A stretch of DNA of 64,000 nucleotides, taken from the NCBI GenBank assembly GCA_025054935.1, contig JANWZD010000002.1, forward strand, positions 172,145 to 236,144, in the 5' to 3' direction. The notes under the pieces are model-generated. The model was not told where the DNA came from, made no database searches, and saw nothing but the letters and a program-made list of their open reading frames with translations. The DNA is from Dehalococcoidia bacterium (GTDB lineage: Bacteria; Chloroflexota; Dehalococcoidia; SpSt-223). Made by a program: the position numbers and the translations under genes. This document shows, one piece after another, positions 9,667 through 17,805 of the stretch. The number at the start of each line of letters is the position of its first letter. Within the stretch, counting starts at the first letter, position 1.

Positions 9667-11277
9667 GTGCAGGAGCTTCGCGGGGTTCAGCTCGGCCCCT
9701 ACGTCCTCGAACGCGAAATTGGCCAGGTCGGGGCGGCGCGTGTCTTTGTCGGGATGCAGACGACCCTCGGCCGTCGCGTTATGGTGAAAGTCCTCAACCT
9801 CTCTGGCGCTGTCAGTCCGACGGTTATCGAGCGGTTCAAACGCGAAGCGGCCGCGATCTCGCGGCTGCGCCATCCGCATATCGTTACTGTCCACGACTTT
9901 GGAGAAGAGAGCGGTCTGCTGTACCTCGTGACCGAGTATGTCGAGGGCGGCACCCTCGCCGAGCGCCTCGGCCAGCCGCTGCCGTTCATCCAGGCCTACC
10001 TGATCATTTCCCAGGTTGCGAGCGCCCTCGACTATGCCCACTCGCGCGGGGTGATCCACCGCAACGTCAGCCCCGATACCTTGCTGCTCGTTGAGCGGGG
10101 CGGCCCGCGGAGCCTCCTCGACGGCAATGCCCATCCGTGGGTCCTGCTCTCTGACTTCAGTCTCGTCAAGCTGACCGACCTGCCGACGGTGACAGGCAAT
10201 GCCGCGCTCTTCGGCGCACCGTATTACATGAGCCCCGAACAGGCCCAGGGCTTGCCTGTCGATAAGACGACCGACATCTACTCCTTAGCGATCGTCGCTT
10301 TCGAGCTGTTGACGGGCCATGTGCCTTTTGGCGGCAACACCGCCTTCGAGGTAGCGAATAAGCACATCACCGAGCCGCTGCCGAGCGTGCGTCTTGTCGT
10401 CCCCGACCTTCCTCCCGAGATCGATCGCGTGCTCCAGACCGCGGCGGCCAAGTACCCGCGCGAGCGCTATCAGTCAGCCGGAGACTTCGCCGACGCGTTC
10501 GCGCGAGCGGGAGGGATCGAGCCGACCGGGCGCGACGCGTCTCTCATCACGCCTAGCGTCGGAAACGGCGTTGCGCCGGCCTTCCCGGCGGGCGAGCCGG
10601 TCGACGACGAAGACGAAGCGCCGATCCGGCCGCTCCCCTCTTGGGCGATCCCCGCTGGGGGCGCGACGATCGGTTTGCTCTTTATCTGCCTCGCCATATT
10701 CTGCGGCCTTAATATCGTGGGTCCGGCGGTCAGCCGCGCTCTCGGGCTGACGACGACCCCAACTCCCACTGCGACCCCAACTGTCCGCCCGGTGCTGCCG
10801 GCAGCAACCGGCACCGTGACTGGCACGGCCGGAACAGCGGCGACGCCGACGATCCCCGTGCCGACGGTTGTTGTGACGGGGGCAGTCATCTTTCCTTCCG
10901 ACGCCGAGGCCGTCCAGAATGTTGTCCGCCAGAGCAACGTTGTTTGGGCGAGGGCAGTGGGCAAGGGCGGCACTACTGATGAACTGAGCACGGTCTTCGC
11001 CGGACGCTGGCTGAACCTGATCACCAGCCAGGTCCGCGCTCTGCGCAGCAATCAGCAATACCGCGACGCCCAGCTGCTCGACCTCCGGATCGAGTCCATC
11101 GAATTCCAGAGCAATACCTCGGCGACCGTGCGGACCGTCGAGCGGTGGAACGACACGCTGCGGGCCGAGAACGGAACGCTCATTACGACCAATCCATCCA
11201 ATCTTCGTCAGGAGTACGATCTCGAGCGGATCAACGGGAGATGGTACGTCGTTGACTCTCGGATCCAGCGCGGCTAG
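9667..11277 (+). CDS. Ser/Thr protein kinase homologue with degenerate catalytic motifs (putative pseudokinase), single TM, Thr/Pro linker and C-terminal NTF2-like domain
   Basis: Kinase fold is recognisable (VMVKV lysine, ERFKREAAAISRL, HxVIHRN, DFS, SPE). However the catalytic-loop Asp is Asn (HRN instead of HRD), LKPxN is VSPDT, DFG is DFS and the Gly-rich loop is GQVGAARV. It is followed by a TM helix (IGLLFICLAIFCGL), a TPTPTATPT linker and a C-terminal domain. Confidence 0.8.
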   Translation: MQELRGVQLGPYVLEREIGQVGAARVFVGMQTTLGRRVMVKVLNLSGAVSPTVIERFKREAAAISRLRHPHIVTVHDFGEESGLLYLVTEYVEGGTLAERLGQPLPFIQAYLIISQVASALDYAHSRGVIHRNVSPDTLLLVERGGPRSLLDGNAHPWVLLSDFSLVKLTDLPTVTGNAALFGAPYYMSPEQAQGLPVDKTTDIYSLAIVAFELLTGHVPFGGNTAFEVANKHITEPLPSVRLVVPDLPPEIDRVLQTAAAKYPRERYQSAGDFADAFARAGGIEPTGRDASLITPSVGNGVAPAFPAGEPVDDEDEAPIRPLPSWAIPAGGATIGLLFICLAIFCGLNIVGPAVSRALGLTTTPTPTATPTVRPVLPAATGTVTGTAGTAATPTIPVPTVVVTGAVIFPSDAEAVQNVVRQSNVVWARAVGKGGTTDELSTVFAGRWLNLITSQVRALRSNQQYRDAQLLDLRIESIEFQSNTSATVRTVERWNDTLRAENGTLITTNPSNLRQEYDLERINGRWYVVDSRIQRG

Positions 11278-11294
11278 CCGCTACCCCCCGAACC

Positions 11295-14114
11295 GTGGTG
11301 ACGTCCTCCTCCCGCGTTGATACTCCCCGCATGCTGACGAGGTTCCCAGGGCGCTTGCAGCGGTCTCAGCCGCCTGCTGCGCTCAGCGTCGGCGACTGGA
11401 TCACGGCGGCCTTCCTCGCAGTCGCGGCGTTTCTGCTCTACCGCCAGACCCTCGCGCCCTCGGTCGTCGCCCTCTTCGATGACACGCTCGAGTTTCCCCT
11501 TGCTGCCCACCAGTTCGCCATCCTCCACCCAACGGGCTATCCGCTCTATGCGCTTTTGCTGGGGCTCTTTGCCCTTCTGCCGGTAGGCGAGCTCGCCTAC
11601 CGTGTCAATCTCCTCTCGGCTGTCGCCGGCGCGGCGGCCGTCGGCGGAATGGCAGTGCTCATCCTCGTCCTCGCTGTCGGCTCGCGGCGGGCGAGCGACC
11701 GCGTGGGGGCAGCGGTCGGCGCGCTGCTGCTTGCCGGCTCGAGTGTGTTCTGGTCGCAGGCGATCGTCGCCGAGGTGTACACCTTGGCGGCGGCGCTTGC
11801 GCTCTTCGCTGTCCTCGCTACCCTTCGCGCTCTCCGCTGCGGCCGGGGCTGGAGCTGGGTCGCGTTTGCAGTTGGGCTGGGCCTTGCGCATCACCGCACC
11901 TTCGTCCTCCTCCTGCCTGCCCTTGCGCTCGCGGCGGCGGCGGCCGGCGCGCTCCCTCCTCCTCGCCGGTGGTGCCCGAGCGTGCTCCTGCGAACATGGT
12001 GGCCGCTCGCTCTTGGGCTGCTGCTCTATCTCTACCTCCCGCTTCGAGCCTCGGTCGGCTCAATCGACGGAACCTACCGCAACGACCTCCCCACCTTCCT
12101 TGGGTGGGTGACCGGCGCGGTCTACGGCGGCTTTCTCGGGGAGAACCCGCTCGCGCGTCCGGGCAACCCGCTCCTTGCGTATGCGCAGCTTGTGATCAGC
12201 CAGTTGACGCCGCTCGGCCTCATCTTGGCCGCGCTCGGCTTCGGCTGGCTGCTCGCGCGCTCGTGGCCGCTCGCGCTGCTGCTTGGGGCGTGGTATGTCC
12301 CGACAGCGCTCTTCGCGCTCCTCTACCGCGTTGCCGACCCTGAGGTTTTTGCGCTGCCCTCCTTGCTTCCGCTCGCTGCGGCGGCGGGCGTTGGCGGGGT
12401 CGCGCTCGGGCGCGGCCTCGCGAATGTCGTCCTCCGCTGGAGCATGCCGTGGCGGGCGATTGCTCGCGCCGGAGGCGGCATCGTGCTCGCCGCGCTCGTG
12501 GTGGCGCCAGCGAGCGCGGTGATCGCGAACTACGACGATGTTGACCTGAGCAGCGAACTGACCGCGCGCGCGTACGGGCTCGACGCCCTCGCCCAGCCGT
12601 TGCCGGCGAGCAGCGCCATCATCGCATTGCTCGGCGAAGCGTCGCTGTTCCGCTACCTCCAAACTGCTGTCGGAGCGCGCCCGGACATCGCCGTCCGCTT
12701 TGCCGACCGGGAAGAAGCGCGGCTTGCTGCTGTTCAAGCTGCGCTCGACGAAGGCCGCGAGGTGTACGTGACGCGGCCTCTTTCCGGACTGGCTGAGCGC
12801 TACCATCTCAGCGGCGTCGGCCCGCTAATCGCTGTCGAGCGTCTGCCCGCGGAGACCCTGCCGCCAGGGGTGCGGCCGGTCAACCGGCTTCTCGGCGAGA
12901 TCGAACTGCTCGGTTACACCAGCGAGATCATTTTCGGCTATGGCCTCGGCCCGGGGGGGCCGTCAGACCTTCGTCCCGCCGCTCGGTCGGTGCGCGTGAC
13001 CCTCTTCTGGCGGGCAAGCGCGCCGATTGCCCAAGACCTCGTCACCTTTGTCCACCTCCAGGAGCCCTCTGGCGAGCGCTGGGCCCAGTCGGATAGCCGG
13101 CCGGTTCGCGGAGCGTATCCCGCGCCCCTGTGGAGACCGGGCACCATCGTCGCCGACGTCCACGACCTCCCGCTGCCGCTCGGCACGCCCCCCGGCGACT
13201 ACATCCTCGTTGGCGGGCTCTATCAGGCGGCAGGCGAAGGGAGGGTGGCGCCCCAGAGTGTCCGCGAGGTGCGCCTTGGCCCTCAGTTTCTCGACCCCCG
13301 CCCTGGCGGCTACACCCGCGCTCGGCTCGACCTTGACCCAGCGTTCGCGCGCTTCAGCGGTGTCACCCTAATTGGCCAGCGCCTGCCGAAAGGGTCGGTG
13401 CCGCCGGGGGGGCAGTTGCCGCTGGAAACCCTCTGGCGCAGCGAGCGCGAGATGGCTTCCTCGCTCACCCTGACGGCAGAGCTGCTCGGCGAGGGCCGAA
13501 CGGTGCCGCTCGGCAGCGCGCCGCTTGGCGGACGCTACACCACGGTTCGCTGGCAGCCCGGCGAGATCGTGCGCGACCGCGAGACGTTTCGGCTCCCGCC
13601 CGACCTGCCCGATGGGCGCTATCAGCTTCGGATCTCGCTCGGCGAAGGAACGCGCCATGTCCTCGGGTCGATTGAAGTCGTCGGCCGCCAGCGGCTGTTC
13701 CAGCTGCCGGCGCCGCCTCCCAATCGAACGGCTGTCCGCTTCGTCGGAGGGCCGGAGCTGCTTGGCTGGACGGCGAAACGCGTGGGCAGTGCGCCGGAAC
13801 AGCGCGCCGAGATCACGCTCTACTGGCGCTCGGCCGGCCCGCTCGACAGGGACTACAGTGTCTTTGTCCATCTCGTTGCAATGAACCGGATCGTGGCCCA
13901 GCACGACGGCCAGCCGGCAGACGGCACCGCCCCAACGACGGGCTGGGTGCCGAACGAGTACATCATCGACCGTCACCGTGTTCCGCTCCCTGCCGGCCTT
14001 CCGCCCGAGCAGCTTCGGCTCGTCGTGGGGATGTATGACCCCGTGACCGGTCGCCGTCTCCTCTCTCCTCGCGGCGACGCGGTCGATCTCGGGCCGCTCC
14101 GGTTTGAGCCATGA
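11295..14114 (+). CDS. GT-C superfamily membrane glycosyltransferase (GT39/PMT-like, DUF2723-type) with three tandem C-terminal ~120-aa repeats
   Basis: About 440 aa with 11+ predicted TM helices and PMT/ArnT-like loops (FDDTLEFPLAAHQFAILHPTGYPLY). The C-terminal 500 aa are a threefold repeat (W.PGE..D...LP..LP.G.Y.L..G.Y), seen for example in ...VFVHLVAMNRIVAQHDGQP...LRLVVGMYDPVTGRRL. The start is GTG 11295 or ATG 11331. Confidence 0.8.
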   Translation: MVTSSSRVDTPRMLTRFPGRLQRSQPPAALSVGDWITAAFLAVAAFLLYRQTLAPSVVALFDDTLEFPLAAHQFAILHPTGYPLYALLLGLFALLPVGELAYRVNLLSAVAGAAAVGGMAVLILVLAVGSRRASDRVGAAVGALLLAGSSVFWSQAIVAEVYTLAAALALFAVLATLRALRCGRGWSWVAFAVGLGLAHHRTFVLLLPALALAAAAAGALPPPRRWCPSVLLRTWWPLALGLLLYLYLPLRASVGSIDGTYRNDLPTFLGWVTGAVYGGFLGENPLARPGNPLLAYAQLVISQLTPLGLILAALGFGWLLARSWPLALLLGAWYVPTALFALLYRVADPEVFALPSLLPLAAAAGVGGVALGRGLANVVLRWSMPWRAIARAGGGIVLAALVVAPASAVIANYDDVDLSSELTARAYGLDALAQPLPASSAIIALLGEASLFRYLQTAVGARPDIAVRFADREEARLAAVQAALDEGREVYVTRPLSGLAERYHLSGVGPLIAVERLPAETLPPGVRPVNRLLGEIELLGYTSEIIFGYGLGPGGPSDLRPAARSVRVTLFWRASAPIAQDLVTFVHLQEPSGERWAQSDSRPVRGAYPAPLWRPGTIVADVHDLPLPLGTPPGDYILVGGLYQAAGEGRVAPQSVREVRLGPQFLDPRPGGYTRARLDLDPAFARFSGVTLIGQRLPKGSVPPGGQLPLETLWRSEREMASSLTLTAELLGEGRTVPLGSAPLGGRYTTVRWQPGEIVRDRETFRLPPDLPDGRYQLRISLGEGTRHVLGSIEVVGRQRLFQLPAPPPNRTAVRFVGGPELLGWTAKRVGSAPEQRAEITLYWRSAGPLDRDYSVFVHLVAMNRIVAQHDGQPADGTAPTTGWVPNEYIIDRHRVPLPAGLPPEQLRLVVGMYDPVTGRRLLSPRGDAVDLGPLRFEP

Positions 14115-16891
14115 TGAGCGTCCCGGCGCGGCGTCTCCGCCGAGCGGCCGTGCCGGCAGTTGCCGCTCCCGGCACCTTCCTGCTCGGCGCAGTTGGGGTG
14201 CTGCTGCTGGCTGCAGCTGCGCGCTTCTACAATCTCGGCGCGTCCAGTCTCTGGTATGACGAAGGGTTCAGCGCCTTCGTCGCGAGCGAACCGCTTCCCG
14301 AGCTCATCGCGCATACCGCCCGCGATATCCATCCTCCGCTCTACTATCTCTTGCTTCATGGGTGGATGCAGGCAGCGGGACGGAGCGACGTTGCTCTCGC
14401 ATTTTTCTCGCTCGTCTTCGGTCTGCTCTCGGTTGCGCTCGTCATCGCGCTCGCCCGGCGCTGGTTTGGCGACGGGGCAGGGCTCTTGGCCGGACTGGCT
14501 GCTGCCGTCAATCCCTTCCAAATCTGGTACTCCCAAGAAGTGCGGATGTACACCCTCGCCGCCTTCTTAGGGCTGCTCGTTCTCGCCGCCGCGGGGCGGG
14601 GCGAGCGTCGCGATAGCGCTCTCTACGTCGCGGCCGCAGCCGCTGGCCTCTTCGTCCTCTATTACCTCGCTTTTCTGCTGGTCACGCTTAACCTAGTCAT
14701 GCTGGGAGCGTTCGTCGTGAAGCGGCGGCTGCTTGGGCAGTGGACGCCGCGCCGCTGGCTGATCGCTCAAGTGCTGGTGCTGCTGCTCTACCTGCCGTGG
14801 CTGCCGATCGCGGTGCGGCACGCGCTTGCGCCGGCGGTGCCGCCGTGGCGCGACTTCGTTCCGCCCGACGCGGCGCTGCTGGAGAGTGTCGCGGTCTTCG
14901 CGGCCGGGCAGCTGGCGACGCCGCAGATCCCCCTCACGCTGCTTGTCGTCGGGCTGGTCCTTGCTGCGCTCGGCACGGTGAGCCCGACCGCCGGCCGCAT
15001 GCCGGTTTTCCTCATGCTCGCCGCCGTCGCGGGACCGGTTCTCCTGATCGTGGCAGTCTCCTTCGTCACCCCGCTCTATCATCCGCGCTACCTCTTCCCC
15101 TTCAGCCTCCCGGTGAGCGTGGTGGTCGGCGTGGGGATGGCGCGCCTGCTTGCCGCGGCGCCCCCGCTGGGCGCGGCGGCGCTGGCGGCTCTTCTGCTCG
15201 GCTCGGCAAGCGCCGTGCACGCCTATCACACCGACGACCGGATCGCGCCTGACGACTACCGCGCTGCCGTCGCCTATCTCGCGGAGCGCTGGCAGCCGGG
15301 CGACGCGCTGCTCATGAATGCCGGCTATATCTATGCTCCCTTCGTCCACTACTGGCCGCATCCCATCGGCTGGCGCGGCCGCCTCACCGACAGCCCGCCC
15401 CCGACCGAGGGAGCGATTGTCTACCAGACGGGAACGATTGATGGCCCGCCGGGCCTCGGCGGCGGTGACCCGCGCGCCGATTTCTACTCGACGACGTGGG
15501 CAGAGACTGAAGCTGCTCTTCAGCGCATCGCCGCTCGCCACGCCCGGCTCTGGGTGCTGCGCGGCTACGATACTGTCACCGACCCCCGGGGACAGATCCG
15601 CCAGTGGCTGACCGACCACGGTCGCCCGTTTGAGGATGTCGTCTTTCGCGGCCCAAGCAACATTCGCGTTCAGGGCTGGATTGTCGGCGAGGCGCCTCCC
15701 GAACGCGCTGCGGCGACCGACGGCCCGCTGACGGCGGGATATCGCCCCGTGCGCGGCGATGTGACGGCCGGCGGCTCCGCGCGCGTGGCGATCGCTTGGC
15801 GTCCTGACGCGCCGGTCGATCGCCCGCTGCGCGCCTATCTTGCCCTGGTCGATGAGGAGGGCCGGATTTGGGCGCAGCAGGACGATCCTGCAGTCGGCCC
15901 GGCGTGGACCGCCGCCGCCTGGCGCCGAGGGCAGTGGACTCCAGACCCGCGCGCGTTTCGCATCCCGCCCGGCACACCGCCCGGCGACTACCGGGTTGAG
16001 CTCGGCGCCTACTTCCCCGGCGGCAGCGCGATAGAGTTCGAGACCGCCGCCGGGCGGGCGTGGCGCCTTCCGGTCGGCGAGCTGACCGTTCGCCGCGGCA
16101 TCGGCCTTGCCGACCCGAAAGTGCTGCTCCCGGTCGGCCGAGAGCTCGCGCCGGGACTGTGGCTGGTAGGGGCCGATTTTGGGCAGTTCGAGGTGCGCGA
16201 GGGCGAGACGCTCCGTCCCACCCTCGTCTGGCGGGCGCGCTCTTCCGCGCCGGCAGGGACAATCGCCCTGCGGCTGGTGATGAAAGAAGGACCCGTTGCC
16301 GCGATGACGGCGGGTGAACCGCTCGGCGGGCGCTACCCCCTGCGGGAGTGGCGCGCTGGCGAGCTGGTCCGCGATCCTCGCGAACTGCCGATCCCCGCCG
16401 GCGTCGAGGGGATCGGCACGCTGGAAGTGTCGGCGGGGCAGGGATGGCATCCTCTCGCTGAAGTGCGGGTGGAAGGACGGCAACGACGGTACGATGTTCC
16501 GCGTCTTGGCCAGCCGTTCGGCGCGCGCCTTGGCGACGTCGCCGAGCTTGTCGCCGCAGCCATTGCTGAGGGCAGGCCGGCGCAGGTCACCCTCGTCTGG
16601 CGCGCTGCCGGACGGACCGAGACGAGCTACACCGTCTTTCTCCAAGCGCTGGATGCGGCCGGGCGGATCGTTGCCCAGCGCGACCTTCCCCCCCTCGGCG
16701 GCGCGGCGCTTACCTCAAGCTGGCTGCCGGGCGAAGTGATCGTGGATGAAATCGCCCTCACTCCGCGGCCGGACGTTCCGGCGGGGCCATACCGCCTCAT
16801 CGTCGGCCTCTATGACCCTCGCACAGGCACTCGTCTCCGGCTGCCGAGCGGGGATGATTATGTGGAAATCGGCACCGTGCGTTTCGAATGA
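14111..16891 (+). CDS. GT-C superfamily membrane glycosyltransferase (GT39/ArnT/PMT-like), paralogue of the preceding gene, with the same threefold C-terminal repeat
   Basis: ATGA overlap with the upstream gene. N-terminal PMT/ArnT-like motif (LWYDEGFSAFVASEPL...DIHPPLYYLLLHGWM) and multiple TM helices. The C-terminal repeats are collinear with those of 11295..14114 (YTVFLQALDAAGRIVAQRD...YRLIVGLYDPRTGTRLRLP). Confidence 0.8.
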   Translation: MMSVPARRLRRAAVPAVAAPGTFLLGAVGVLLLAAAARFYNLGASSLWYDEGFSAFVASEPLPELIAHTARDIHPPLYYLLLHGWMQAAGRSDVALAFFSLVFGLLSVALVIALARRWFGDGAGLLAGLAAAVNPFQIWYSQEVRMYTLAAFLGLLVLAAAGRGERRDSALYVAAAAAGLFVLYYLAFLLVTLNLVMLGAFVVKRRLLGQWTPRRWLIAQVLVLLLYLPWLPIAVRHALAPAVPPWRDFVPPDAALLESVAVFAAGQLATPQIPLTLLVVGLVLAALGTVSPTAGRMPVFLMLAAVAGPVLLIVAVSFVTPLYHPRYLFPFSLPVSVVVGVGMARLLAAAPPLGAAALAALLLGSASAVHAYHTDDRIAPDDYRAAVAYLAERWQPGDALLMNAGYIYAPFVHYWPHPIGWRGRLTDSPPPTEGAIVYQTGTIDGPPGLGGGDPRADFYSTTWAETEAALQRIAARHARLWVLRGYDTVTDPRGQIRQWLTDHGRPFEDVVFRGPSNIRVQGWIVGEAPPERAAATDGPLTAGYRPVRGDVTAGGSARVAIAWRPDAPVDRPLRAYLALVDEEGRIWAQQDDPAVGPAWTAAAWRRGQWTPDPRAFRIPPGTPPGDYRVELGAYFPGGSAIEFETAAGRAWRLPVGELTVRRGIGLADPKVLLPVGRELAPGLWLVGADFGQFEVREGETLRPTLVWRARSSAPAGTIALRLVMKEGPVAAMTAGEPLGGRYPLREWRAGELVRDPRELPIPAGVEGIGTLEVSAGQGWHPLAEVRVEGRQRRYDVPRLGQPFGARLGDVAELVAAAIAEGRPAQVTLVWRAAGRTETSYTVFLQALDAAGRIVAQRDLPPLGGAALTSSWLPGEVIVDEIALTPRPDVPAGPYRLIVGLYDPRTGTRLRLPSGDDYVEIGTVRFE

Positions 16892-17087
16892 CCCTCCGCC
16901 GCCTCGGGCGGCGAGGATCGGCCCTCCGCGGCGCAGACCCCGGCGGCGGAACGCGAACGCCCAGCGTGCGCCAGAGCACTGAAATTCTGCTGAGCATCCG
17001 TCGTCCGAAGCGAGACTGTCGCGCTGCTGGGATCGGCCGGCGCTCGGCGGTCCTGCCGGCGCCGCCGTCGAGGGGTGCGCTGGCCGG

Positions 17088-17714
17088 CTATCCTCTCGCA
17101 GCACGGCAGTAGGCGTGCAGCAGGCCGACATCGCGCGGCAGATCACGGTGCCGTTGGAGCATGCGGCGCAGCACTTCTGCAGTTGCGCGCGCATCGGCCA
17201 ACGCCGAGTGGGCGCCGACGTGCTCCCGGCCGCAGTAGTGCCGAACTGCGGCGGCGAGGTTGCGCTTCTGAAGCTGGGCGCCATCCCGCTGGTGAAAGAG
17301 CGTCATAACGTCGATCAGGGCGCGCCCTGCGAGGGGAAACGTTCTACCGCTGCGCTGAAATTCTTTGGTCAGGATCGGCAGGTCGTAGCGAATGATGTTA
17401 AAGCCGGCGAGGTCGCAGCCGCGCAGCAGCGCCTCGACGGTGGGAGCCAGCGCGCTGAACTGCGGGTGACCGATGACATCGCGGTCGGAGATCCCGTGAA
17501 CGCGCACTGCGTCGGCGGGGATGGGAATGCCGGGGTTGACCCGGAAGACGTTTTGCTCCTCGCGCCCGTCCGGGTGGACAAGGAAGAGGGCGATCTCGAC
17601 GATCCGAGAGTGTGCGGTGGAGATCCCCGTTGTCTCAAGGTCAAGAAAGGCGATGGGGCGATGCAGGGGGAGGGTGTCAGTCAGCATGATCGGCTCCCTC
17701 ATGAGACACCGCAC
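17088..17714 (-). CDS. DnaQ-like 3'-5' exonuclease (DEDDh family)
   Basis: Exo I motif (FLDLETTG) and Exo III motif (HSALADARATAEV). Alternative starts are Met5/Met10. Confidence 0.75.
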   Translation of the reverse strand: MRCLMREPIMLTDTLPLHRPIAFLDLETTGISTAHSRIVEIALFLVHPDGREEQNVFRVNPGIPIPADAVRVHGISDRDVIGHPQFSALAPTVEALLRGCDLAGFNIIRYDLPILTKEFQRSGRTFPLAGRALIDVMTLFHQRDGAQLQKRNLAAAVRHYCGREHVGAHSALADARATAEVLRRMLQRHRDLPRDVGLLHAYCRAARG

Positions 17715-17805
17715 GCAGCGAGCGCGTTCTTGGAGCGACGCCTCGCGCCAGTATAATCGCTCTCAGGACCGGTGAGGGCGCGCAGTTTGCGCGGCCGGCG
17801 GAGAG

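Noticed and set aside
14693-16645. 650-aa minus-strand ORF antisense to the second GT-C gene
   Set aside because: Arg/Pro/Gly-dominated sequence; the sense gene has TM helices and repeat structure shared with its paralogue.
16897-16913. 7-bp GC hairpin (CGCCGCC-TCG-GGCGGCG) right after the second GT-C stop codon
   Set aside because: No U-tract follows and the stem is short; not enough to call an intrinsic terminator.
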